64,000 nt of DNA from the human T2T-CHM13v2.0 reference genome, Homo sapiens. Of this stretch, positions 49,167 through 62,710 are shown piece by piece. Position 1 is the first letter of the stretch. Every line of letters starts with the position of its first letter. Under the pieces are notes generated by a model that was given only the letters and a program-made list of their open reading frames with translations, searched no databases and was not told where the DNA came from. The DNA is taken from NCBI RefSeq assembly GCF_009914755.1, contig NC_060929.1. One strand, 5' to 3'. The translations under genes were made by a program, and so were the position numbers.

Positions 49167-52100
49167 TTATCCTAGTTGGTTTTCCTTGATTCTGTAGTCA
49201 CCTTTGTAAATTATCTTTTCATTAAACTCATTCATTCCCCCTTTGAATATGCCAATAATTTCCTCTCAGGATTTATGAGATTGTTGGAACTAGGAATGAC
49301 TACAGAAAACAGATTTTTAAAATGAAACCTGACATTGGATTGCTATCACATTTTTAATATATACTATGATGTCCTCGTTGAAGGGAAATTACATATGGGT
49401 AAACTGGCTTGAAGTAACTCTTTTCAATCTTTTAATTATGGATGGAATGGGTTGCAAATGGAGGGCAAGGCAATGGCAGTCACACAGCTATCACTTAGTT
49501 ACAAAGGCAGCAATCATGATTACTAACATTATGGCTTGAAGCAGCTACCTTTGAAAATTTTAGAGTTTATACAGAACAAGGATGAAAAAATAGAATGCCT
49601 CAGTGGCAATTCTGAAAAAAAGTTTCTTATCTTTTATAGTTTCAGGGAAGACATGTCTTAGAATCAAGCCCAGGGCTTAATTGTAAAAATTAAAGTTACA
49701 ATGCCAATATATAACCCAACTACATTTTCTTATGCTAAAATAAGTACACTTGGAGGAAAAAAGTGAAACTCTGAAATACACAATGAAAAAAATCTAAGCA
49801 AGCATAGACCAGATGAGATGAGGCTGAGAATATTTATGCCGAAATTCTTCTGAAAGTTTTTTGTTAGCAAAAGCAATTTCTCCTTCTGTGGAGGAATCAT
49901 CTTTTTTTCTGCTTAAAAGTATTGCATGTGAAGTGGGTAGTTACATCACAAGTACATGCTGATTCTCCTAAGGAAATTTTTAATTTAAATAATTGGCTCA
50001 TGCACATTTGCACGGCATTAACATTCTCTAAGTTCAGTTGAAACATAAATTCAGCTGTGGCCTACCCGTCAGTTGAAAGGCAGAACTCCCCAGATATTCT
50101 TAGGAGGAAGGAGTATGAAAGCACAGAGAAATTGAATTTTTGGAGTGACTGTATTATGTACAACCTTCTCAGCCACTCCCTAACCATATCTTCCAGGTGG
50201 ACACTCCTGGCATGCAAAATGATTTGATGAGGAACCCACCAGCATCATCAAATAACTATTGGTGTCTTCTCTGTAAATTAACAATGACAATAGAAAATAC
50301 CTCAGTGGGATTAAGAATAACACATTTTGGAATGTTAAAAGCAATAGATGGCTGCTTAACCTGAGTAACAATTTGAATGCCATTTCAATATTAAACTTCA
50401 GCAACAAGGTTTTAATCACAATGTTTTGGAGGTTTGTGGCAATATTTAATTGAATATAAGATCCTTATTAATGAAAGAGATGGACATCTCACTGAGGTAC
50501 TGCTGTAAACATGTAAGTGGAAAACCTCTAGGCGTGGAAAGCAGAGACCTAACTTCAGTAACACTGACAGGGATCCAGAACTCCTTACTCTATTCCCAAG
50601 TCTAAGCCAATCCACAACCAATCATCATTGATAGGAAACCCAGTTCTCTTGAGGAAGAACCATGCTGTTTGCTCACAACAGAATAATGTGAGTCTTTCCT
50701 CTGTTATTCTAAAATGTGAACTGCAGACCTCTTCCAGAGTGACACCACATTTAGGAAAGAAAAATTACACTGGGTTATCAGAAATTGTCTCTGAACTGAA
50801 ACACTAACTCCTGGGGATCCATAAATCTACAGTGATCTAGCAGTCAAAGTCAAGGTTTATGAAGGAAAGATGTTTGATATAAGCCTTTGCCCAAATAGGT
50901 CTCACAGTAAATCCCATGAGACTGCAGATCCATCTGGTATTTGTTTCTCTATCCTAGAGTTCATAGCAAAAATACAAGTAACTGGTAAAAATGAGCATAC
51001 TGCTTTCTGACCCTTAGAGTGAGAGCTACTTTGGTAAGAAGTGCCAAGCAGAGCCCTTCCAACTGTCCCTGAAAAAGTGAAAAATGACCATATTGCCAAT
51101 TAGATGGTGATAACAATGGCACATCCACTTCCGTATGTGGTATCTGTATTGAAGCAAACTAACACAACTCCTGGCATGTGGTATGTAGCTATTGGCCAAT
51201 CTTTTTTTTGAAATTTTAATCAACAAAAATTATCAGGAATAACTTGTCTTTACCTGGTAGAAATAGTATTACTCCTTTGCTCTCCTTTATTAGAACTATG
51301 CCTAGCCTCCCGGTCAATGTGATCTTGTAGTTTGGAATGATTGTCATCACCTTTTTATCTCACAGAACATAGAATACATTAGGCTGATGGATTGGATAGT
51401 GTGCAATTATTGGAGCAGATTTAATCAGTCTATTAAAAACTGTTGCCTCTGCATCTGACCAGGAGCTTAAGTTGCTGTACCTCTACAGGTAAGACAGGTG
51501 AGAAAAACTCTGGTATTTAAGCAGAAGTGATGAAAATATAAGCATTTATAAGGACAAACTAGGACCTATGAAGATAACTCCTGTCTGTTTCTCATTGCTG
51601 CCAACCTTGACAATAAAGGTAACTTGCAAAAGATGCTAACACCTTTTGTCATGAAGCTGCACATGCACCCGACTACGGGCTCAGTGAAACTAAAGAAAAA
51701 CATCTGATAGGAGCTGGAGAAACTGTGGGCTTGACTGTTGCCCCATACCAACAACATGAACCAGCAGATTAGTGACAATGTACATGAGCTACAGTGGTGC
51801 CTGGCACACTGTACTATATCCACATTCAGAGAATTTTGCTGCTGCTTAAATTCTATATACCAAATCTCATGAAAATTCCTCTCGGGGCCAATTATAAGTG
51901 AAAACCATACAAGAAAAAAACTTTTGGAAAACATAGTTTCAGCCTGGCTATGTTGACACTATGCAAAACCATCACAAACTTTATAATCTTGCAGACAAAA
52001 TGCTATTGGAAATGCCTGTGGCAGATAGGAATTATCTATAAGATGTCCAACAAACCCCAGTAGGACAATCACAGTGCAGACTTCTAATGTTTTTTAGTAA

Positions 52101-53900
52101 AGCCATAACCTCCTTTGCTGATAACTATTGTCCATTTGAAAATGGTCTCTGGCATGCTAATGGGCCATGGTAGTAGCTGAATTCCTGGCTGTGGGGAACC
52201 ATGTGACCAGAGCTATGCAGCATAAATGGATCCAGTGAATCAATATCATACTTACACAGCAACAGCCCAGTGTGTAAATGTAAATTGTATATCTGAGAAG
52301 GTATTTGAGTAGATCCAGAGGCAAAAGTAAATATAAAATACAGTTGACTCATTATGTCTGCTCCTATTTCTTTGTTGTCTACTTTTAAACCAACAGATCT
52401 CATGAAGGATTCCTTTTGACCAGTTGATACAGGAAGAAAAACATGGGTGTGGTTTATAATTGGGTCTGCATGACATGCTGGTACCAGTTTAAAGTGGATG
52501 GCTACTGCATTGTAGTCCAGTTGAGGAAGAACTATGAAAGACAGTAGCTATAAAGGACAGGATTTTGGTCCTTACATCTAGCTTCCTACTTAATGTGGAA
52601 GAAGAGATAGTCTGAGGAATCGGCTGTGGGAAAACTATTTATATGTATTTTTCAGAACGGTCAAAAAATATAAGATATTTGTGTGCCGTGTAAATGTCTG
52701 TAGCAGGGCAATTCAAAATGAGCAGATGTTCAATAATAAGGTGAAAAAGATCACTTGTCCTGCGGATCTTGATAAATCTAATTATCTAGCCATCTTGCTG
52801 TTTGCTTGATAGGTTTATTTACAAGCTCTCCATGGTAGCAGGGATAAAAACTGTATATTGGCTCAATAGCATGCATTTCTCTTAATTAAAGCTGATCTGA
52901 CCAATTATTATGACTGCTAGCATTAAAGGCCACTGTCCAGCCAGACCCTGGTGACAAGTTTATTATATTAGGGAAACTTTTCATCATGGAGAAGACCATT
53001 GTTTATCCTATGTGAATAGATGCATGTTCCACATAAACATTTCCCTTTTCTGTTAAAAAATCTTCTGCTATCCTCTCATTCAAAGACTTTATCAATTCCT
53101 TTTCTATTTTCTATCTTCCTACAAAACCTCAGCTCCGACCACAGACTACATTTTATGGTAAAGAAAATTTTCTTAGCCTGTTTGTGCTGCTACAACAGAA
53201 TACTACAAACTGGGTAAATTATAAAGAATAGACATTTATTTAGAAGTTATGAAAGCTGGGAAGTCTAAGATCAACACACTGGCAGTTTCAGTGTCTGGTG
53301 AAGTCCTAGTTCCTGCCTCCAAATGGCACCTTAAATGCTGCATCCTCTGAAGGGGATGAATGCTAAGTCGTCACATGGTGTAAAAGATGGAAAAGGTAGA
53401 AAGGTGAAATTGGGCAAATGCTGCATGAAGCTTCCTTATTAAGGGGATTAATCTCATTTACGAGGATGTAACCCTTCTGACTTAATCATCTCCTAAGGGC
53501 CTCTCCTGTTAATACTATTGCATAGAGGATTACATTTCAACGTGAATTTTAGAGGGACACAAACATTTAAGACACAGCACACACACACACACACACTAAG
53601 AATACACTCACACCCACAGAATTTACTGTGGTGGCTTAAAAGAATAATGAATTGCCTTTGCTGAGGGCTCAGTTAAAGCATCAGCTGGAAATCAATATCT
53701 TGCAATTGTGAAATTCTATATTACTGGATGTTACTGGATGTAGCATACACCTTAAATGAGCTGCCAATTATATATATATATATAATTTTTTGTTCATACT
53801 CAGTATACTATAGTTAAATAACCAAAAGTTGGAGTTGAGAGTAGACCATTTCACAATCACAACTAATTCTGTGGTTCCTGTAATATGATTGGTTGCCTAA
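49167..53900 (+). mobile_element. Decayed ERV-L provirus (LTR16/HERV16-like): LTR 3' end plus gag-pol remnants
   Basis: LTR end 'cacctttgtaaattatcttttcattaaactc' (~49200); RT 'SVLKQTNTTPGMWYVAI' (~51143, cf. SLLEQINTSPGTWYAAIDL); RNase H-like region (~52420-52510); integrase-like 'HGSRD' (~52831); no intact ORF. Confidence 0.75.
53169..53579 (-). mobile_element. MST (B2/C/D-like) solo LTR inserted in the ERV-L integrase region
   Basis: 'tcttagcctgtttgtgctgctacaacagaatac...gctgggaagtctaagatcaa...catttcaacgtgaattttagagggacacaaacatt'. Confidence 0.85.
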
Positions 53901-53911
53901 TCACGAGAAAT

Positions 53912-53912
<1 letters not shown>

Positions 53913-53959
<47 letters not shown>

Positions 53960-53960
53960 A
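53913..53960. repeat. (TCTA)n tetranucleotide STR
   Basis: About 11 perfect units. Confidence 0.95.
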
Positions 53961-54229
53961 CACACATATATTTTTGCAGCATAGATTTGCATTTATTCTA
54001 TCTAGAAGTAAATTCTATTTATCTGCTCCCTTAAATATGGTCTGACTTTATGTATTTACTATGTACTCAGTACATATTTATAATCTACTGGAACTTTTTA
54101 AATGCAACCACAAACTTAATGTATGTATTTCTAAATGTAAATAACTTGAAAGAATCATTCTATATGATATGATAGGATAGACTCTTCTATTTTGTAGAAC
54201 CTTAAGTGATTTGGATTTAAACCTATGGA

Positions 54230-54900
54230 GAAAGAAGGCATATACAGATGAGATGTCAGTGTGAAGGCCATTCCAAGATTATTTTAGAGGCAAGTTTGAA
54301 CAATGCAAATTAGATCACACAAGAGAGACAGACTATGGAGACATTTTGAAATGTTGTAAGAAACAAATTTTAATTGAAGCAAAAAGGCAAATTTAGCAAA
54401 GAAGAAGATGTTCAGTAGAACTTCAGATGGTAAACTTGTATGGCTATTTTCCTGAGCATATAATGTTACCTGTGGAAGGGAAAAAACTTAATAATGAGCA
54501 GAATTTGTAAGGGGATGGGATTGGGCAGGAAATGGGAAAAGTGATGTGTTGTTTGTGAACGTATTGATCTTGAGGAAAAATCTTGTCATAAGAAATGACG
54601 AGGTAGCCGTAGAAAATATGTGTCTAGTGCTGAGGAAAAAGAAAGGGCTGGAAGTTCATATTTGAGAGTGCTAAGCTTACTGAATACAGGAAAGGCATTA
54701 AAAGAACTGTGATTTCCCAAACAAAGAGTAGGAACTAGGAGAAAAAATTGGTTATAAAACTATCATTTTAAGTATAGATTAAGAAAAAAAGAGTCAATGA
54801 ACAGGACAGCAAACAAACGGGCTTAATGTGGAAGGAAAATGAAAAGAATCCAAGGTAAGAGAGGGGTGTCTTGCTGTTCTTTAAGATTTTAGGAGGATAG
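54230..54900 (-). mobile_element. L2 LINE remnant
   Basis: Purine-rich degenerate antisense L2, e.g. 'aaagggctggaagttcatatttgagagt'. Confidence 0.4.
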
Positions 54901-55721
54901 TAAAAAGAGACATATTAAAATTTTTTTATTTCTGGTTATGGTTTTCCAAATGGGTAATAAACAATATAGTGACATATAAGAATATTTTGGCAGCATTTCG
55001 TCTACTGATAGTAACTGCAGAATTTATGTTTTAATGCATTTATATTTTAGATACATGAAGACAAATCTAGGACTAAACCACTTTTAATTAAATTTAGCTG
55101 TACCTAAATTTTGGCTGTATTCCAAATCCCCCCCACTGTTAAAATATAAGAGAAATTGAAATGATTAGCAGCTTATACAATGAAACATTTTAGCAGGCAA
55201 ACCATTTAAGTATTCTTGAAATGTAATTTCCTTCTCTTAATAATTGAAGTTATTTTTAAACATACTTCTGTTTTCAAATATATTTATTTTCTTTTATTTC
55301 TATTTTTTTTTCTATTTTGTAGGCATATTTATACTTGCTACAAAGGAAGCTAATTGCTTACTTTCAAGGAAGAATAGTGAGCTATATAAACCAAGTTAAT
55401 GGTGTCTTTGGAGCCCTAAAACATAACCTAGTCTTTCAAGATTACTAGCCTAATGCCTTGATAAGGATTGCTGTATCTTATATTGGAAGATCTTCTAGTA
55501 CATTAGATTATATTCAGACCAAAACTCCAATCTATGGACAATTTTTTTAATTAAAATTACTTAATATTACTTTTTAGCTTACAGCTACTTTTACATATGC
55601 AACATGCCATCAATTGCTTTTAATAATCAACTGAAAAGCAGAAAGTTAAGCATTTTGCCAGCATGTACATTCTAAACCATTTGAATTTAGAAAACAAATA
55701 CTGACCTTGATATCTCTTCCA

Positions 55722-56005
55722 TTTTTTTTTTTTTTAAGATGGAGTCTTGCTCTGTTACCCAGGCTGGAGTGCAGTGGCACGATCTCAGCTCACAGTAACC
55801 ACCACCTCCCAGGTTCAGATTCTCCAGCCTTCCAAGTAGCTGAGACTACAGGCGTGTGCCACCATGCCCGACTAATTTTTGTATTTTTAGTAGAGATGGG
55901 GTTTCACTATGCTGGCCAGGCTGGTCTCGAACTCCTGACCTCATGATCCATCAGCCTCGGCCTCCCAAATGCTGGGATTACAGGTGTGAGCCACCGTGCC
56001 TGGCC
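55722..56005 (-). mobile_element. AluS (Sg-like), full length
   Basis: T-tail, both arms, 'ctggtctcgaactcctgacctcatgatcc'. Confidence 0.94.
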
Positions 56006-56252
56006 TCCAATATTCCTATACTAAAATTTGCAGGTAAATAATAGTAAAATAAATTGCTAACTCTTTAAAAAGTCTTATTCAGAATACAATTTTGCCCAGG
56101 TTTTATATTCAAGGCAAAATGTAATCACTGAGATATTAAATTCTGTTCTTTGTCTTAAGGAGAAACATAAATTTTATATTTTAATGTAGTTTGTTCCTAT
56201 AGTAATTCTTCTAAACCAAATTAGGCATGTGTGTAGGATTTATTGGTTCTTC

Positions 56253-59200
56253 ATTATTACTATTATCATTTTTATTTTTATTTTGCCATAAGTTATTGGT
56301 GTACAGGTGGTATTTGGTTACATGAATAAGTTCTTTAGGGTTGATTTGTGAGATTTTGGTGCACCCATCCCCCGAGCAGTATACACTGCACCATATTTGT
56401 AGTCTTTTAATCCCTCACCCACTCCCACTCTTCCCCCGGAGTCCCCAAATCCATTGTATCATTCTTATGCATTTGTGTCCTCATAGCTTAGCTCCCACAT
56501 ATCAGTGAGAACACACGATGTTTGGTTTTCCATTCCTGAGTTACTTCACTTAGAATAATCGTCTCCAATCTCATCCAGGTAACTGCAAATTCTGTTAATT
56601 CATTCCTTTTTATGGCTGCATAGTATTCCATCATATATATATCCTACAGTTTTATATATATATATATAAATAACTGTATATATAGGATATATATATACAC
56701 ATCTATCTATCTATCATCTATCATCTGTCTATCATCTATCTATCTATCTATCTATCATCTATCTATCTCCTACAGTTTCTTTATCCACTCATTGATTGAT
56801 GAACATTTGGGTTGGTTCCACGATTTTGCAATTGAGAATTGTGCTGCTATATGCATGCATGTGAAAGTATCTTTTTCTAATAAACACTTGTTTTCCTCTG
56901 GGTAGATACCCAGCAGTGGGATTGCTGAATCAAATGGTAGTTCTACTTTTAGCTCTTTAAGGAATATCCACACTGTTTTCCATAGTGGCCGTACTAGTTT
57001 ACATTCTCATCACCAGTGTAGAAGGTTTCCCTGTTCACTTCATCCATGCCAACATCTACTGTTTTTTCGTTTTTTGATTATGACCATTCTTGCAGGAGTA
57101 AGGTGGTATGGCATTGTTGTTTTGATTTGCATTTCCCTGATCAATAGTGATGTTGAGCACTTTTGCATATGTTTGTTGGCCATTTGTATAGCTTCTTTTG
57201 AGAATTGTCTATTTATGTCCTTAGCCTACTTTTTGATAGGATTTTTTGTTTTTCTCTTACTGATTTGTTTGAGTTTGTTGTGGACTCTGGATATTAGTCT
57301 TTTGTCAGATGTATAGATTGTAAAGGTTTTCTCCCACTCTGTGGGTTGTCTGTTTACTCTGCTGACTGCTCCTTTTGCCATGCAAAAGATCTTTAGTTTA
57401 ATTAGGTCCCAGCTATTTATCTTTGTTTTTGTTGCATTTGCTTTGGGGTTCTTGGTCATGAAATCCTTGCTTAAGACAGTGCCTGGAAGAGTTTTTCCAA
57501 TGTTACCTTCTAGAACTTGTATAGTTTCAGGTCTTAGGTTTAAATGCTTTATCCACCTTGAGTTGACTTTTGTATAAGGTGAGAGATGAGGATCCAGTTT
57601 CATTCTCCTACAGGTGGCTAGCCAATTATCCCAGAACCATTTGTTAAAAAGGGCGTCCTTTTCCCACTTTATGTTTATGTTTGCTTTGTCAAAGATTAGT
57701 TGGCTGTAAGTATTTGGGTTTATTTCTCGGTTATTTATTCTGTTCCATTGGTCTATGTGCCTATTTTTATACCAGTACCATACTGTTTTGGTGACTATGG
57801 CCTTATAGTATAGTTTGAAAGCAGGTATTGTGACGCCTCCAGATTTTTTCTTTTTGCTTAGTCTTGCTTTGGCTATGCAAGCCCTTTTTTGGTTCCATAT
57901 GAAATTTATAACTTTTTTTTTCTAATTCCATGAAGAATGATGGTGGTATTTTGATGGGGATTGCATTCAATTTGTAGATTGGTATTAGCAGTATGGTTAT
58001 TTTCACAATATTGATTCTACCCATCCAGGAGCATGGTATATTTCCATTTGTTCATGTCATCTATGATTTCTTTCAGCAGAGTTTTGTAGTTCTCCTTGTA
58101 GAGGTCTTTCGAGTTCTTGATTTGATTCTCCACTTGGTCATTGTTGTTGTATGAAGGAGGTACTGATTTGTGTACATTAATCTTGTATCTGGAAACCTTC
58201 CTGAATTCTTTTATCAGTTCTAAGAGCTTTCTGGAGGAGTCCTTAGGGTTTTCAAGGTAAACGATCATATTGTCAGCAAACAGTGATGGTTTGACTTCCT
58301 CCTTACCAATTTGGACGCCTTTTATTTCTTTCTCTTGTCTGACTGTGCTGGCTAGGACTTCCAGTACTATGCTGAAGAGGAGTGGTGAGAGTGGGCATCC
58401 TTGTCTTCTTACAGTTCTTGGAGGGAATGCTTTCGACTTTTCCTCATTCAGTATTATGTTGGCTGTGGGTTTGTCATAGATGGCTTTTATTACATTGAGG
58501 TATGTCCCTTATATGCTAATTTTGCTGAGAGTTTTAATCATAAACGAATGCAGGATTTTGTGGAATGCATTTTCTGCATCTATTGAGATGATCATGTGAT
58601 TTTTGTTTTTAGTTCCGTTTACATGGTATATCACATTTATTGACTTGTGTATGTTAAACTATCCCTGAATTCCTGGTACGAAACCCACTTGATTATGATG
58701 GATTATCTTTTGGATATGTTGGTGGATTCAGTTAGCTAGCCAGTATTTTTTAAGGATTTTGGCATCTATGTTCGTCAAGGATATCTATTGGTAGTTTTCT
58801 TTTTTAGTTATGTCATTTCCTGGTTTTGGTATTAGGGTGATGCTGGCTTCATAGAATGAATTAGGGAGGGTTCCTTCTTTCTCTATCTTGTGGAATAGTG
58901 TCAAAAGGATTGGTACCAATTCTTCTTTGAATGTCTGGTAGAATTCTGCTGTGAATCCATCTGCTCCTGGACTTTTTTTGTTGGCAATTTTTAAATTACC
59001 ATTTCAGTCTCACTGCTTCTTTTTGGTCTGTTCAGGGTATCTAATTCTTTCTGATTTAAGCTAAGAGGGTTGTATTTTTCCAGAAATTGATCCATCTCTT
59101 CTAGGTTTTCTAGTTTGTGTGCATAAAGGTGTTCATAGTAGCCTTGAATGATCTTTTGTATTTCAGTAATGTCAGTTGTGATATCTCCTGATTCATTTCT

Positions 59201-59853
59201 TAGTGAAGTTATTTGGGTTTTCTGTCTTCTTTTCTTGGTTAATCTTGCTAATGGTCAATCAATTTTATTAATTTTTTGAAGAACCAGCTTTTTGTTTCAT
59301 TTATCTTTTTGTAGTTTTTTTTTCTTGTTTGTTTCAATTTCATTTAGTTCTGCTCTGATCTTGGTTGTTTCCTTTCTTCTTCTGGGTTCTTATTCCTCCA
59401 GTTCCTTGAGGTGTGATCTTAGATTGTCTCTTTGTGCTCTTTCAGACTTTTTTGATGTAGGCATTTAGGGCTATGAACTTTCTTCTTAGTACTGCCTTTG
59501 CTGTATCCCAGAGGTTTTCATAGATTGTGTCATATTGTCATTCAGTTTTAAGAATTTGTTAATTTCCATCTTGATTTCGTTTTTGACCCAATGCTCATTC
59601 ATGAGCAGGTTATTTAATTTCCATGTATTTGCATGGTTTTGAAGGTTCCTTTTGGAGTTGATTTCTAGTTTATTCCACTCTCGTCTGAAAGAGTGCTTGA
59701 TATAATTTTAATTTTCTTAAATTTATTGAGGCTTATTTTATGGTCTAACATATAGTCTATCTTGGAGAAAGTTCCACGTGCTGTTGAATAGAATGTGCAT
59801 TCTGTGGTTGTTGGATAGAATGTTAAGTCCATTTGTTCCAAGGTATATTTTAA
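56253..59853 (-). mobile_element. L1PB1-like, 5'-truncated (~3.6 kb), ORF2 broken
   Basis: PB-type 3' UTR 'gtacaggtggtatttggttacatgaataagttctttag'; ORF2 fragments [46 protein letters not shown]. Confidence 0.93.
56633..56768. repeat. Near-palindromic (TA)n block plus compound (TCTA/TCA)n STR
   Basis: Direct reading; lies between two copies of tcctacagttt. Confidence 0.9.
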
Positions 59854-60659
59854 AGGCTAGAATTAGTTGATTCTGTAAAAGAGATCCACATTTTCATTTC
59901 CTCAAGACGATACTACTATTTGAAGTAGAAATACTCTGGTTGCTGCTTGCTCAAATTATTTCATAACATGGGATTTATACTGATAAATATTTATGTTTTA
60001 AAAAATTTCTCTCCATTTACATCCCAGCACCAACTACCACTGTCTCACAGGTGGTCTTTTAAATTTTGTTAGAATATTTCAGATAAGAAAAGAGATTCCA
60101 AGGGAAAACTCCCCAGTTGAATGCATAGAAAATATGCAAAATAAATTCTATTTAAGTTACGATTTCCTAAGGTGAAAGGTTTGCAATTGGAGTTGAACTT
60201 GAAAGAGAAAGTGGTAGAAGGTAGGACATATTTATTTTCCATGTAAAATAATCAATTCAAATTCTTTACTATCCACTAACACCTTCATGATTTTTTTTTC
60301 TTTGTTGTGCTAGCAAACAACTCTCAAAATCTTGGGCAGGGTTTTAAGGAGAATACATTGATCTTAAAGTTCTTCAGTGACCTTTGTATGGAAATAACTT
60401 TGATCTGAACCATGCACATTCATTCTTTTCCTCCAGTTTCATTTTTGGAGTGTCAAAAGCTCGTTTTGTGCTGGTAATCAGGTGTAATATATTAGAGTCT
60501 GCCTCTATAAACTAGTATATCATACTAATATCTCACATGAAAACAAACGTTTTTGCATGCTTCCTACCACACGATGTATGGTACATAAAATAAACAGGGA
60601 CAAAATATGTGAATCAATCTCTTTCTTCTCTTTACCTGTATCATTTTCTTCTATCCCTA

Positions 60660-60845
60660 TTATAGCATCCCTATTCTGCTACACATTATAGTTATCATAT
60701 TATTCATTACCAATATCTGTTTTCCTGAGTATATTTAAGCTTTTGAAGTACAAAGGGATTAGGTTTGATCCATCCTTTTATGTTCCACATTTCTAATACT
60801 CTACCTGACATATATTAGGTATCGAATTATGATTTGTTGAATTGA
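60660..60845 (+). mobile_element. L2 3' terminus
   Basis: 'taagcttttgaagtacaaagggatt...acctgacatatattaggtatcgaattatgatttgttgaattga'. Confidence 0.55.
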
Positions 60846-62499
60846 CACCCTTCATTTTAAATACTTACATAATTTTAAGTTTATGATTTTATATGTTTAT
60901 ATTGTAGTGATATGAAATACTACATTGATATCAAACTCTAAGAAAATAATGCTTTTTAACTGCAAGTCAAAATATAATACCAAAATCAGGACTTTTCAAA
61001 TAGTGCCACCTGATGATAATTGTTTGTACAACCATTTTTGTCCCAAGGTAATAAGCAAAAAAAAATTATCTCAATTCAACTGCAGTAGAATTTTTGATAT
61101 TTATCAGTATAATATTATCGAATATACATTTTTAAATTGCAAATAACTTTAAAAGAATACCCCATCATTGAATTTCTTCTCTCAAAACTAGCAGCTGGAA
61201 TAGAAATTAAATATAAAGAAAATGCATGCACTACATTCAGCATACAAATTTACATGGAACCATTCATCCAAGTTCTGCAAGGAATGGCTTCAAATAAGTT
61301 AGATTTTATTATTAGAATTAATTAGCTGAAGTTTAACTCTTCCATCTTCTCCTCTTTCTATTATTTACTATTTTTCCTGTTTCTATTCTTTACTTCATCC
61401 GTAAGCTCATTTATTAATTCTAAATTGGAGAGAATTCACCTAAGTGAAAGTTTCTTCACATTGATAAAGCTATGGCACTAGCAAAGAGAATTTGACCTTC
61501 ATGGAAGTCACCACACTTTTAATCGAGCAGTAATTACAGAAAGAAGTAAATATTATTGTCACAAGAACTAAGAAGTAGCAATATTCAAGAAAGCATACTT
61601 TATTCCCTAAATATTTTCATACATATATTGCAAATTTCTTACTCTATTGTGCTCCACTATAATACACCATATGCTCTAGTGTATTTTCCCGTCTACTTGA
61701 AATTCATTCACAGTTATCTGCAGATGTAACCTATATAATCATCCAAGTCTATAAGACAAGGATAGCCATATTATTCCTTCTTTATATTTCTGTTGGAATG
61801 ATCTTTAACACAAGGATTCTATACAATTTTGAGTAGGAGAAAGAGAAACTTGGAGGAAACATGTAGTGATAATGACTTTTGCAGTATTAGTAAAAATAGA
61901 AATACTAAATTAGTGTTCAGCTTGTGAAAATTCAAAATAGAATTTTTATAAGTTCTCAAGGCAAGCACAGGAAGAAAGGTTGGTTTTAAAAAGGATTCCT
62001 TTATCATCTCATTTAACTTATGGAGAAGCAGGTATCATGGATTAGATTACAGGGTACTACTTAAAGGATAACCAGGTAAGAAGAGGAAACATTTACTTTC
62101 TCTAAACTTGAGTACATGAGAGATTGTGGTAGATGATGGAGGAAACAGTAAGAAGCCTCCCTCCCACTCCCCTGCCTTGAGGTTGAGCCTAGAAAGGGAT
62201 GGCTTTAGGAGAAACAATACAATTTGTGAGGCCTTAAACATATGGACATTTTATCACACTCTATACTTCGATTCCAAATACAGCAAAATAAACTTAATGC
62301 TGTCTATGATTAGGCAGAAAGAAGATGATGTTTATTTTTCCTGACTGGCTCTTGATGCTATTTTAACATGGATAGACTTAGAAGCATCTGAAAGACCAGT
62401 TGAGGGAGTTTTCAGGAGACATTTGCCCCAGTGGCTCCTCAGAAGCCAGAAGGGGTCCTTCTTGTCAAGTTCAAGAACAAATGGAAATCAGAATAAAAC

Positions 62500-62710
62500 C
62501 TGGGCTGTCCTGAGCAACAGTGAGATCCCCTTCTCAACCAAAAAAAAAAAGAAGCTGGACTTGGTGGTGCACACCTGGAATCCTAGCTACTAGGGAGATA
62601 GAGGCAGGATAATCGCTTGAGCCCAGGAGCTCAAGGTTTCAGTGAGATATGATCATGCTACTGCACTCCAGCCTGGCCAACAGAGCAAGACCATGTCTCA
62701 AAATAAATAC
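62500..62710 (+). mobile_element. AluJ, 5'-truncated
   Basis: 'cctgagcaacagtgagatcccc', A-linker, 'ggcaggataatcgcttgagcccaggagctcaagg...tgatcatgctactgcactccagcctgg'. Confidence 0.88.

Noticed and set aside
56770-58268. Several ORFs with clear L1 ORF2p similarity
   Set aside because: Fragments of one 5'-truncated L1PB with stops, frameshifts and a deletion near 58110; not a functional CDS
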